Shown: positions 40,197 through 49,462 of the stretch, in pieces | Layout of the letters: each line of letters begins with the position of its first letter | How positions within the stretch are numbered: the stretch's first letter is position 1 | Origin: Gemmatimonadota bacterium | GTDB taxonomy: Bacteria > JBHIER01 > G020348925 | Direction: 5' to 3' | Length of the DNA stretch: 64,000 bases | Assembly (NCBI GenBank): GCA_020348925.1 | Contig: CP070758.1 | Span: 3,301,688 to 3,365,687 of the forward strand | The notes under the pieces: generated by a model | Seen by the model: only the letters and a program-made list of their open reading frames with translations | Databases searched by the model: none | What the model was told of the DNA's origin: nothing | Position numbers and translations under genes: made by a program

Positions 40197-42497
40197 ATGA
40201 AAAGGAGTATGGTGCAGCGGAGACTCGTTCTCGCCTGGATTTGTCTGGGATTTACCTCCATGGTCGGGCAAGTGGTCCTGATGCGTGAGCTGTTGGTGGT
40301 CTTTTACGGAAACGAGATGTCCCTGGGGATTATTCTGGCCTGCTGGCTTTTTTGGGTAGGGGTGGGGAGTCTTGTTTTGGGAAGATTGGTGACAGAAAAT
40401 GGGCGCGGAATAAAGGCTTTTGTCCTGTGTCAGATGCTCTTGGCATTATTTCTCCCTCTGTCCCTTGTCATGACCCGGATCTCAAAACTGGTCATTGGTG
40501 TTTCGCCGGGCGAGATTATGGGACTCTTCACCATGGCAGGTATCTCCTTCGTTCTGTTGGCCCCATTGTGTAGTGTGCTGGGTTTTCTTTTTGCATTAAG
40601 CTGTCGTCTTTTCACTGCTGAAACCAACCGGGCAGCTACACATATCGGACGGATTTACGTTTTCGAAGCCGTGGGGGCGACCCTGGGCGGTGTACTATTC
40701 AGCTATATTTTTATCCATGTTCTGCACCCTTTTCAGATCGCGTGGCTGGTCAGTACGTTCAACCTCCTTTTGGCATTCATAATCACTCTTTCGAAATCGT
40801 ATTTTGAAAGAAAAATACTGGCTCTTGCTGTCTTCGGTATTCTCGTTGCCGATCTTGCTCTCGGTGTGTGGGGTCTTGATACATTACATTGGTCCTCACT
40901 CCGCTGGCAGTGGCCAGGGTTTGAATTGATCTCCTCGGAGGATTCTGTCTATGGGAACGTTACCGTGAACGAGAGAGGTGAACAGCGAAATGTCTTCGGG
41001 AACGGACTGCTTCTGTGTGCCCATCCGGATCGCTTCGTGGCAGAGGAGTCGGCTCATTTTGCCCTTTTGGAGCATCCACATCCCCATCGTGTTTTGCTCA
41101 TCGGGGGGGGTGTGAGTGGTGCTCTTGAGGAAATCCTGAAGCATCCGGTTGACGAAGTGACATATGTAGAGCTCGATCCTCTTGTTATTCAAGTGGCCCA
41201 GCGCGTGTTATCCAAAGAGCAGTTGATGCTGGATAATCCGAAAGTGATCCTGCACCATCTCGACGGGCGACTCTACGTGAAACGCGCGACAGTCAAGTAT
41301 GATGTTATCATTATCAATCTTCCCGAGCCCTTCACGGCCCAGCTCAACAGGTTTTATACTCTTGAGTTCTATCGGGAGACGAAGCGAATTTTAAATGATG
41401 ACGGGATCGTCTCCTTTCGAATAACGTCCGCGGAAAATTACATCAGCAATGATCTTCAAATACTTTTGGCCAGTTACGATCGTACCCTTCGACAGGTTTT
41501 TGCCGAGGTGAAGATCCTCCCCGGCAACACGAACATCTTTTTAGCCTGTCAACAAAGTGGTGTGCTCACATATGACACGCACACTCTTGTCGAACGTCTC
41601 AAGGAACGACGGATTGAAACGCACTATGTGAGTGAGTATTATCTCCCCTTTCGACTTGCAAGCGAACGGATCGACTACCTGCATGATCGCATTCGTAGGG
41701 CAGACCACACGACGTCGAATACGGACTTTCATCCCATCACTGCTTTTTACAATATGGTTCAGTGGACGACCCAATTTCAGTCCCCTTTGTCCTCGGTCCT
41801 GCGCAGTTTCGGTCGAGTGACCCTGGCGTGGATCCTTCTTCCTCTGGGGGCGGTTTCTCTTCTTCTTTTTGGGTGGGGCTTTCGCTCCGTCGGTCTGCGA
41901 CGATCCACTCTGCTTGTGGTCCTTGGGATCACTGGGGCTCTGGAAATTATTTTTGAGGTGGTTCTTCTCATCGGTTTTCAGATTCTGTATGGATTCGTAT
42001 ACTCAAAGATTGGCATTCTTCTCACGGGATTTATGGTGGGACTGACGAGCGGAGGCTGGTGGATGACGAGGCGCCTCGGCAGGAAAAATGTGACGCACGG
42101 TAGTATTATAAAAATACAGGGTGCTCTTTGCGTGTATCCCCTTGCGATAATTGGTGCTTTCAAGGGCCTTACGGTTTTGAGCGGGAACACAATTGTGTTT
42201 CTCTCGACAGAAATTCTTTTTCCAGTTCTTATCGCTTTCGGTGGATTCTTGGGTGGAGCGCAGTTTCCTTTGGCCAACAAGCTCTACATTGAAGGAGGGG
42301 GGAGAGCCGAACATGCCGGAGCCAAGGGCTATGGTGTCGATGTTTTGGGATCAAGTCTCGGAGCCCTTATCGGCGGTTCCCTTTTGATTCCGATTCTCGG
42401 GATCTGGAACACTTGTATATTTCTGTCGTGTCTGAGCCTCTTCGCACTTCTTCTCCTCCTTCCCGAGACTCTCGCTCCCAAAACAGCTTTTTCCTGA
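40197..42497 (+). CDS. Membrane-embedded spermidine synthase-like / SAM-dependent fold protein
   Basis: N- and C-terminal TM blocks around VLLIGGG, YVELDP, DGRLYV, YTLEFY. Confidence 0.82.
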   Translation: MKRSMVQRRLVLAWICLGFTSMVGQVVLMRELLVVFYGNEMSLGIILACWLFWVGVGSLVLGRLVTENGRGIKAFVLCQMLLALFLPLSLVMTRISKLVIGVSPGEIMGLFTMAGISFVLLAPLCSVLGFLFALSCRLFTAETNRAATHIGRIYVFEAVGATLGGVLFSYIFIHVLHPFQIAWLVSTFNLLLAFIITLSKSYFERKILALAVFGILVADLALGVWGLDTLHWSSLRWQWPGFELISSEDSVYGNVTVNERGEQRNVFGNGLLLCAHPDRFVAEESAHFALLEHPHPHRVLLIGGGVSGALEEILKHPVDEVTYVELDPLVIQVAQRVLSKEQLMLDNPKVILHHLDGRLYVKRATVKYDVIIINLPEPFTAQLNRFYTLEFYRETKRILNDDGIVSFRITSAENYISNDLQILLASYDRTLRQVFAEVKILPGNTNIFLACQQSGVLTYDTHTLVERLKERRIETHYVSEYYLPFRLASERIDYLHDRIRRADHTTSNTDFHPITAFYNMVQWTTQFQSPLSSVLRSFGRVTLAWILLPLGAVSLLLFGWGFRSVGLRRSTLLVVLGITGALEIIFEVVLLIGFQILYGFVYSKIGILLTGFMVGLTSGGWWMTRRLGRKNVTHGSIIKIQGALCVYPLAIIGAFKGLTVLSGNTIVFLSTEILFPVLIAFGGFLGGAQFPLANKLYIEGGGRAEHAGAKGYGVDVLGSSLGALIGGSLLIPILGIWNTCIFLSCLSLFALLLLLPETLAPKTAFS

Positions 42498-42631
42498 GAA
42501 ATTTCGGAGAGTTCTTGACTTTGATGAATAAAAACAGTATGTTCATACGCTATTTCCATAGAGAATGTGGTCTCTCTTGGAAAACCTGAAGCAAGAATAA
42601 TTAAAATGAGCAGGAGGAGAGGACATCACCG

Positions 42632-43786
42632 ATGAAATTGAACATCGAAGGGAAGAGAATTTTTGCGATTACCCTCTTGGTCGTCATCATTTCGTTTCTT
42701 CATTATGTTACCAGCATTCAATCCCCTCATCTCCACGCCATATACGCCCGGGCTTATTATATCCCCATTATCCTGGCAGCCTTCTGGTATAGCTTGAGAG
42801 GCGGGATTGTCGTGTCCGCGGTCGTCGGTCTCATTTATCTGCCCCACGTCATCTTTCAGTGGGGTGGTGGCTTGGGAAATCTGAGTCGGTTTCTGGAGAT
42901 CGTGATGTTCATCGTGGGGGGATTGCTGACAGGTCTTATGGTTGAGCTAGTGGTGGAGCAGAGGAACAAGTATCAAAAGAATGCCCAGGAGCTGGTACGA
43001 TCGTACGAAAAACTGAGGGGGCAGACCGAAAAACTCCTGGAAATGGAGGATCATCTCCGGACTTCTGACCGATTGGCCGTTATGGGGGAACTGAGCGCCA
43101 GTTTGGCCCACGAGGTGAGAAATCCTCTCGGATCGATCAGAGGTACCGTCGATATTCTGAGGAAAGAATTCCCGGCCGGTGGCAAGCACATGGAATTCTT
43201 TAAAATATTGGTGCAGGAGGTCAATCGTCTGAATGAGGTTGTCGAGCGCTATCTCGGACTGGCGAAGCAAAAGCGGCAGAAAATGGTTGAAAAAAACTTA
43301 TGTGATATCGTTCAATCCGTGGTCGATCTCGTCTCCGCAAAGGCTCGCAAGGAAAAGATCGATCTTATTGTTGTGAAACCTGCGGAGACAATTACAGTAT
43401 TCACCGATGAGACGCTTCTGCAACAGGTCTTACTCAATATTCTTCTGAATGCCATGGCCTCAATGGAAGAGGGTGGGCGCATCCTCATCTCCCCTTCACT
43501 CAAGAGAGAAGCCCCGAAGGCAGGAACCTCCCCTCACCCCTACGCTTCAGTGACCGTTTCCGATACGGGCAAGGGGATAAAGGAGGCGGAGATCGATAAC
43601 GTTTTCAAACCTTTCTATACGACGAAGGCCGAGGGAACGGGTCTGGGCTTGGCCATTGCCAAGCGCTCTCTCCAACAGCTCGGTGGAGAAATCGGGCTGG
43701 AGAGTAAGGAGGGAGCCGGAACCTTAGTCACAATTACTCTTCCTTCAGCGGAGGGAAAGCGGAAGAATCTATGGGATCAATCTTAG
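42632..43786 (+). CDS. Membrane sensor histidine kinase
   Basis: N-terminal TMs; AHEVRNPL, NILLNA, DTGKG, PFYTTK.EGTGLGL. Confidence 0.94.
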   Translation: MKLNIEGKRIFAITLLVVIISFLHYVTSIQSPHLHAIYARAYYIPIILAAFWYSLRGGIVVSAVVGLIYLPHVIFQWGGGLGNLSRFLEIVMFIVGGLLTGLMVELVVEQRNKYQKNAQELVRSYEKLRGQTEKLLEMEDHLRTSDRLAVMGELSASLAHEVRNPLGSIRGTVDILRKEFPAGGKHMEFFKILVQEVNRLNEVVERYLGLAKQKRQKMVEKNLCDIVQSVVDLVSAKARKEKIDLIVVKPAETITVFTDETLLQQVLLNILLNAMASMEEGGRILISPSLKREAPKAGTSPHPYASVTVSDTGKGIKEAEIDNVFKPFYTTKAEGTGLGLAIAKRSLQQLGGEIGLESKEGAGTLVTITLPSAEGKRKNLWDQS

Positions 43787-45114
43787 TCATTGACGACGAC
43801 GAAAGTTTCATCCGGGTTCTGGAGCATATGTTGATTGAAGACGGCCATCGGGTGGCGACGGCCAGTGACGGTGAACGCGGACTCAAGATCTTCAAGGGCG
43901 GTTCTTTCGACATTGTACTCACGGATCTGATGATGCCCAAGCTCGACGGCATGGCGGTCCTCAAGGAGGTGAGACGAATCGATCGAGAGGCGATCGTCAT
44001 TTTCATCACTGCCCATGGGACCGTGGAGAATGCAGTTGAAGCCTGTCGCCTCGGAGCTACCGATTATATCACGAAACCATTCAGCCATGAGCAGTTGAGT
44101 TTCGTCGTGGAGAAGGCGATCAAGGTGCGGGAATTGCTCTCGGAGAATATTCGCCTGCAAACTGAATTGTCTGAGAAGTATCAATTCAAGAATATTGTGG
44201 GGCGAAGCGCCCGGATGGAAGAGGTCTTTCGGCTGGCAGGCCAGGTAGCAGGGAGCGATGCCACAGTTCTTCTACTGGGAGAAAGCGGCACCGGAAAAGA
44301 ACTCATTGCACGGGCGATCCATTTTAACAGTCCGAGGGAGAAAAGACGTTTTATGGCCATCAACTGTGCGTCCATTCCGGACAATCTGATGGAGAGTGAA
44401 CTCTTCGGCCATGTGAAAGGTGCTTTCACCGGAGCGATGAAGGATAAAAAAGGTAAGTTTGAGTTGGCTGATGGCGGGACCATCTTCCTCGATGAAGTGG
44501 CCGATTTAAAGAGCGACCTCCAGGCGAAACTTCTCCGTTTTTTACAGGAGCGAGAGTTTGAACCTGTCGGTGCTACCGAGCCGATACGAGTCGATGTCCG
44601 TATCATCGCAGCAACCAACAAGGATCTTGAAAAATTAATCCGCGAGGAGAAGTTTCGCGAGGATCTCTATTACAGGCTGAGCGTTGTACCCGTCGTGCTC
44701 CCACCTTTGAGAGCGAGGAAGGACGATATTCCCCTGCTCGTCGATCATTTCCTGAGGAAATACGGAGGGGAAAAATCCTTCACCGTCGCTGACGATGCCA
44801 TGAAGATTCTTTACGAGTTCGACTGGCCGGGCAACGTCCGGGAACTGGAAAACGTGGTGGAACGGGCCGTCGTGTTGGCCGGAGGCGGGGTGATAACGTC
44901 CGATTTACTCCCCTCATCACTTCGGACAGGGCGTTTCGAGGGAAAAGAATTCGAGGTCACCACAGAGGGTCTCTCCATGGCCGAAGTTGAAAGGCAGACT
45001 CTTCTTGCAGCCTTGGAGCGCACGGGCTGGAACAAGACCAAAGCGGCGGAGTCACTGGAGATTCCGCGACATGTTTTGATGTATAAAATGAAGAAATTGG
45101 GACTCCAAGGCTAA
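43771..45114 (+). CDS. Sigma54-dependent NtrC-family response regulator
   Basis: Receiver (VIDDD, TDLMMP, KPF), GESGTGKE, GAFTGA, Fis HTH. Confidence 0.95.
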   Translation: MGSILVIDDDESFIRVLEHMLIEDGHRVATASDGERGLKIFKGGSFDIVLTDLMMPKLDGMAVLKEVRRIDREAIVIFITAHGTVENAVEACRLGATDYITKPFSHEQLSFVVEKAIKVRELLSENIRLQTELSEKYQFKNIVGRSARMEEVFRLAGQVAGSDATVLLLGESGTGKELIARAIHFNSPREKRRFMAINCASIPDNLMESELFGHVKGAFTGAMKDKKGKFELADGGTIFLDEVADLKSDLQAKLLRFLQEREFEPVGATEPIRVDVRIIAATNKDLEKLIREEKFREDLYYRLSVVPVVLPPLRARKDDIPLLVDHFLRKYGGEKSFTVADDAMKILYEFDWPGNVRELENVVERAVVLAGGGVITSDLLPSSLRTGRFEGKEFEVTTEGLSMAEVERQTLLAALERTGWNKTKAAESLEIPRHVLMYKMKKLGLQG

Positions 45115-45564
45115 ATGCTATGGTTCGAAAGTTCGTTGCCGTCTTTTCGCGTTTGTTTCAAAAATAGGGCCATCGAGAAAAACCTGATCAGTGGCAGTCA
45201 TTGCCAGCCTTCCGATGCCTCGGAACCTTGTCTGGGAGCAGCCGAAGGGACAAACGTCAGCCCGCGATCTCTTTTCTTAAGCTGTCTCTGCGGGCACCGG
45301 GCAGAGCCCGGGACAAAGTACGCATGCGATATTTGCCTCACACCTGATAATGTGAGGGAAGCGGAGCAATCTTTCTCGAACACAGAGAGCGCTTCTTCCT
45401 GCCCTGCTCCGCACGACATTCCTCGCAGTGACGACTTGAGACGAGACAATTGCTCTGTCCTGCCCAGTGCAGAAGTTCCCCCTTCTGAGGAACGCTCCCT
45501 CCGAGGTGCGTTCCTAATAATGAGACAAACGAACTCGCATGAAGCGGTTGGTTTCAAGCAATTC

Positions 45565-45609
45565 GTGCACAAAAGTGCATGAATTGCACCTCTCCCTGTG
45601 CACGTGCAT
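45565..45609. promoter_or_regulatory. Putative enhancer (UAS) for the adjacent NtrC-family regulator
   Basis: Cluster of TGCAC/GTGCA half-sites: GTGCACAAAAGTGCATGAATTGCAC and GTGCACGTGCAT, about 100 bp upstream of a sigma54-like promoter. Confidence 0.55.
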
Positions 45610-45689
45610 TTGTATTGAATTCTGACTCTTTAATTGTATCCCCTTGTATTACATTACTATAGTAATCTTTTTATATTTTTTTGTTGTTC

Positions 45690-45704
45690 TGGCACGAAAT
45701 TTGT
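45690..45704 (+). promoter_or_regulatory. Sigma54-like promoter 1
   Basis: TGGCACG-AAAT-TTGT (one mismatch to TGGCACG-N4-TTGC). Confidence 0.6.
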
Positions 45705-45799
45705 TTATTAAAGGGGCAGTTGTATGACGAACTCATTTATGCTCCTTTCCTTTCAGTCGATTTGTTTGAAAGGGAAGCCGAAAGATAGATTGAAAGACA

Positions 45800-45903
45800 A
45801 CCGCAGGCGAGTAGCCGGGTTATGACAAAACGATAAGCTAACCTACCTATTCGTCCTACCAAATTTTCCGCTATTGTTCCCTCTTTTGGTGAAAGCCTGC
45901 GGT
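45800..45903 (+). ncRNA. Candidate structured RNA motif, copy 3
   Basis: ACCGCAGGC/GCCTGCGGT, GAGTA/GAAA loop, GCC/GGT, GGGTTA/TAACCT hairpin with loop TGACAAAACGATAAGC, TTGTTCCCTCT. Confidence 0.65.
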
Positions 45904-45942
45904 GTTTTTCAAACCTTCAGGTTAAAACCTGGTTCTTCCTCC

Positions 45943-45986
45943 TGCAGAATAATCGACACCGAATGAAGATTATTCTGCATTTTTTT
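45943..45986 (+). terminator. Intrinsic terminator
   Basis: Perfect 12-bp stem TGCAGAATAATC/GATTATTCTGCA followed by T7. Confidence 0.75.
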
Positions 45987-46095
45987 GCTCTTCAATATAC
46001 GACAGAAAGAAACGTCACCTTCGAGAGGTTTGTAACCCTTTGGGAATAAGCCGTTAGCGAGAAACGCGAACGGCTTATTTTTTTGGTACCGAAAA

Positions 46096-46110
46096 TGGCA
46101 CGGAACTTGC
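46096..46110 (+). promoter_or_regulatory. Sigma54 promoter 2, upstream of heavy-metal operon
   Basis: TGGCACG-GAAC-TTGC, perfect -24/-12 consensus. Confidence 0.8.
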
Positions 46111-46181
46111 GATAGGGTCTATTGAAAGTTGCCCAAAGGATGTTTGCCTGAGAATTGTGTGAATCGAAAGAGGAGTTGAAT

Positions 46182-46523
46182 GTGACCGGGATAATGAAAG
46201 TGAATAAGATAGGACTCATGTTGGTTCTGGTGGGAGTCGTTGGGACTGTGCTCTTCTTTCCATGGAAGTTAGAGAACGGAAGAACGTGCATGGCCCAACG
46301 TTACATCCATGGTGAAGGCCTTCAGGCCGAAGGAAATTCCATGATGGAACATGGTCATTCCCTCGCTCGATATTACGTTTTTCACTACGGATTGTTTTGG
46401 TGGGTGAGCATGGGATTGATAATAACCGGATTCTGTCTCGTTCGAAAGAAAAAACCGATAGAAGAAGATGTCAGAATGAGCCGGGAAATGAAGAGAGTGG
46501 AAGCAGCAAAAATGACGGAATGA
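46182..46523 (+). CDS. Small two-TM hypothetical protein with Met/His/Cys loop
   Basis: AGGAG SD plus GTG; two hydrophobic segments around TCMAQRYIHG...MMEHGH. Confidence 0.6.
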   Translation: MTGIMKVNKIGLMLVLVGVVGTVLFFPWKLENGRTCMAQRYIHGEGLQAEGNSMMEHGHSLARYYVFHYGLFWWVSMGLIITGFCLVRKKKPIEEDVRMSREMKRVEAAKMTE

Positions 46524-46618
46524 GGAAAGGAGGAAGTCATGTAGAATGTCGAAAGCTCTTGGCGAGAGAATATTGTTTTTCGTTGTAAATTGAGTTCCAT
46601 TTTAAGGAGGCTTATAAG

Positions 46619-47329
46619 ATGAAAAGGACATTTCTTGTATTGAGTATGATAGCAATGGGTGCGCTGGTATTTGGATCTTCTGGTGAAGCTCAGATGCAGC
46701 ATGAGCACCCTCGTGGCGAGAAGATTGAAAAGACGCAGGGGGATGAGGTCGTTTGTCCTGTGACGGACAGGGTCATGAAGCGGGCGGAAGCCCCGGCGTC
46801 CTATACATTGTACTTCGCATCCGAGGCAGCCATGGATGCTTTTCTTAAAAATCCTGCCAAATTTCTTACGGCTGCGTGTCCGGTGATGGGTGGTGAAGCC
46901 AACAAGCTTACGGCGACCTACAGCAATTACGACGGTGTTGCTTATCATTTCTGCTGCGCCGGGTGCAAGGAGATATTTGAAAAAGAGCCGAAGAAATATA
47001 TCGGGAAAGCACAGAAGAAGTCGGAGATCCATGGCCATTCTGAAATGAATTTTGGGGCAGCGACTGGAAGCGATGTGATGGGTAACACTGGCTATATGGG
47101 GTGTAGCAGTACCGGTTCTGAGAAGGATCAAAAAGGACACTCTTGCGGAATGTCTCACAAATCTGATGCCACGAAAGGTTCTGCGGGCATGGCTGATCCG
47201 GTGTGCGGGATGAAGGTTTCCTCGAAGGACGGTGTTCACTCAGAATTTCACGGTAAGGAGTACTATTTCTGTTCGACTCAGTGTCAGGAGAAGTTCGAGA
47301 AGGCGCCGGAGGATTATATCAAGAGGTAA
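46619..47329 (+). CDS. Exported multi-YHS-domain heavy-metal-binding protein
   Basis: Signal peptide; CPV...YFASE, CPVMG...YHFCC.GC...P.KY, DPVCGM...YYFCS..C...PEDY. Confidence 0.88.
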   Translation: MKRTFLVLSMIAMGALVFGSSGEAQMQHEHPRGEKIEKTQGDEVVCPVTDRVMKRAEAPASYTLYFASEAAMDAFLKNPAKFLTAACPVMGGEANKLTATYSNYDGVAYHFCCAGCKEIFEKEPKKYIGKAQKKSEIHGHSEMNFGAATGSDVMGNTGYMGCSSTGSEKDQKGHSCGMSHKSDATKGSAGMADPVCGMKVSSKDGVHSEFHGKEYYFCSTQCQEKFEKAPEDYIKR

Positions 47330-47359
47330 GCGGAGTGGAGAGAAGTATGTGGGGAAAAA

Positions 47360-47390
47360 GGGCAGGGGTTCAATCCCCTGCCCCCATTTT
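47360..47390 (+). terminator. Hairpin after YHS gene (weak terminator or stabiliser)
   Basis: GGGCAGGGG-TTCAAT-CCCCTGCCC followed by short T run. Confidence 0.45.
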
Positions 47391-47425
47391 TCAAGCGGAG
47401 ATAAGATAGAAAGGATTGAGGAACT

Positions 47426-49195
47426 ATGAGAAAGGTACTGTCATTCGGTTTGGCCGGATTGGTGTTGTCCGCATGTGGGGCTTTTGCCTATCAGAACATC
47501 ACTCCGTCTGAGGTGTATGAGAAAATGGCGAGCGGCGATGAGATGGTGATTGTGGATGTCCGGGAGCCGTGGGAATATGAATCCGGACATATTTCCGGAG
47601 CAATCAATATGCCGTGGAACAGCGGTGTGCTCCAGGCACGATACGAAGAGCTGCCCTCAGATAAGGAGATAATTGTCGTCTGCCGGAGCGGGAACCGGAG
47701 TGTCTCTGCCAGTCTTTTTCTCGATGGTCAGGGTTTCGACCGAGTCTTTAACATGCTCGGCGGTATGCTCGCCTGGAAATGGGATGTTGCTACGCCCGGT
47801 TCTGGGACGCATCATCACGGTCCCGGTTGGATATACAGGGATAGTGAGGATTCGACATTCATCCATTGCCCGACGGATTCTCTGGACTGGCTGGAGTTTC
47901 CACCGGGAGGCATGATGCACCACCATTTCCCCGATTCGATCTACTGCAATTTTGTGGAGATGCACCCGGACAGTGTGCCTTGGCCCAACGATTCGACAAT
48001 GATCGGAGGGTATCACGTTGACATCTCGGATCCGATGGGGCACGGGATGATGGGTGGTGGTCAGATGGGATTCGGGCAGGGCATCGGGCTCCATCTCCAC
48101 TACGATGATCAAATGTTGATCGGCGTGTTGGAGGATGGGATGATGCTGAGGTACTGGGATGAGGGGAGCGGGCAGTGGATCGATGTCCCTGCGGCAATGC
48201 AGGATATGGATCAGAATATATTCTTGGTCTCACAAGCTTCAATCCGGTCTTACTACGGACTTTTTGCCACCCCAATGGGACCGAAAAAGGGAGACTTGAA
48301 CAGCGATGGTCTGGTGGATATTACGGATACCATTGTGCTGGTGCAGATCATTCTCGGCGGCCAGGACACGACCCCGGAACAAATTGAGGTCGCTGATCTG
48401 AATACGGATGGGGCGATCGATATTCTCGATGTCTTACAAGTTGTGAACATCATTCTCGGAGTCAGCCCCAAAGGAGGTGAGACGGGGTGGCGTTCGCAGG
48501 CATTTTTACGAGTTCCCTCGAGCGTTGTTGTTCGTGACCGTTGTGTGACGATTCCGATTTCATTGGAGACGGAGACCCCGGTGTCCGGTCTTCAGTTGGC
48601 AGTGACGTATGACGGGCGAAAATTGCGCCCTGGAATCCCGAAAGGAACGGACAAGACGGAGCATATGACGTTTGAATGGACTCAAAGAGATTCGGAGATT
48701 CTCATGCTCTTTTACAGTACTCAGGGAAAACAGATTCCGGCAGGACCGGCTGTTCTTGTTGAGATACCTTTTGAGCCCGTTGCAGGGGCCGCCGGGGAGT
48801 GTGCGTTGTGTATCGGGGAGGCCATTGTGGCCGGATCGAACGGAGAATCAATCGAGGCCATGACTTCGGTCTCAGCCATTACGCTTGGTGCAGTCGATCT
48901 CGAATCTTATCGGCTTTTCCAGAACTACCCGAATCCCTTCAATCCTGAGACTGAAATCGCATTCCAGATACCTGGGGCAAGTGGCGATGGGGAGCATCGT
49001 GTCGCGTTGAAGATTTATAATGTCCTCGGCCAGGAGATCCGGACTCTCCTTGAAGAACAGAAGAGACCGGGATTCTATTCTGTGCGCTGGGATGGTCGTG
49101 ACAACAACGGTACTGAGGCCGTCAGCGGCTTCTACTTCTACCGATTGTCCGCCAAGAATTTCACAGCAACGAAGACTATGGTTCTTATGAAGTAG
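47426..49195 (+). CDS. Secreted rhodanese + Met/His-rich domain + dockerin + cohesin + T9SS-type-A/FlgD-like CTD protein
   Basis: DVREPWEY.SGHI.GA, VCRSGNRS; GMMHHH, MGHGMMGGGQMG; GDLNSDGLVDITD...ADLNTDGAIDILD; IPISL...[18 protein letters not shown]...WDGRD...MVLMK. Confidence 0.85.
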   Translation: MRKVLSFGLAGLVLSACGAFAYQNITPSEVYEKMASGDEMVIVDVREPWEYESGHISGAINMPWNSGVLQARYEELPSDKEIIVVCRSGNRSVSASLFLDGQGFDRVFNMLGGMLAWKWDVATPGSGTHHHGPGWIYRDSEDSTFIHCPTDSLDWLEFPPGGMMHHHFPDSIYCNFVEMHPDSVPWPNDSTMIGGYHVDISDPMGHGMMGGGQMGFGQGIGLHLHYDDQMLIGVLEDGMMLRYWDEGSGQWIDVPAAMQDMDQNIFLVSQASIRSYYGLFATPMGPKKGDLNSDGLVDITDTIVLVQIILGGQDTTPEQIEVADLNTDGAIDILDVLQVVNIILGVSPKGGETGWRSQAFLRVPSSVVVRDRCVTIPISLETETPVSGLQLAVTYDGRKLRPGIPKGTDKTEHMTFEWTQRDSEILMLFYSTQGKQIPAGPAVLVEIPFEPVAGAAGECALCIGEAIVAGSNGESIEAMTSVSAITLGAVDLESYRLFQNYPNPFNPETEIAFQIPGASGDGEHRVALKIYNVLGQEIRTLLEEQKRPGFYSVRWDGRDNNGTEAVSGFYFYRLSAKNFTATKTMVLMK

Positions 49196-49462
49196 GAGGT
49201 ATGTGTTGATCCGGTATTGAGGCATGGCTTCGTGTAGCAGAGATGCACTCTGAAGTTCTCAGAAAGGCGAAGATTTTTCCCTTGCGGAGATCTGAACAAT
49301 GTTTATTTTTAAGCACAGACACATGAACATGAACGGCAATGACTCGGCTTGGCCCGGATCGGTCTTCATCGATACGTGAAGATGATATTTTGAACCGGAA
49401 ATGTTGCGGACTATGGTCGGTCAATACGTCTCCGCAAAGAACAGGAGCAAAGGAGTGGATTC

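Noticed and set aside
45115..45582. 155-aa plus-strand and 124-aa minus-strand ORFs after the response regulator
   Set aside because: No recognisable motifs or SD; both run into the putative enhancer.
47360..47386. tRNA T-arm-like GGGGTTCAATCCCC as an att site for tRNA-His
   Set aside because: Does not match the tRNA-His 3' end, no integrase is present, and it is explained as a hairpin.
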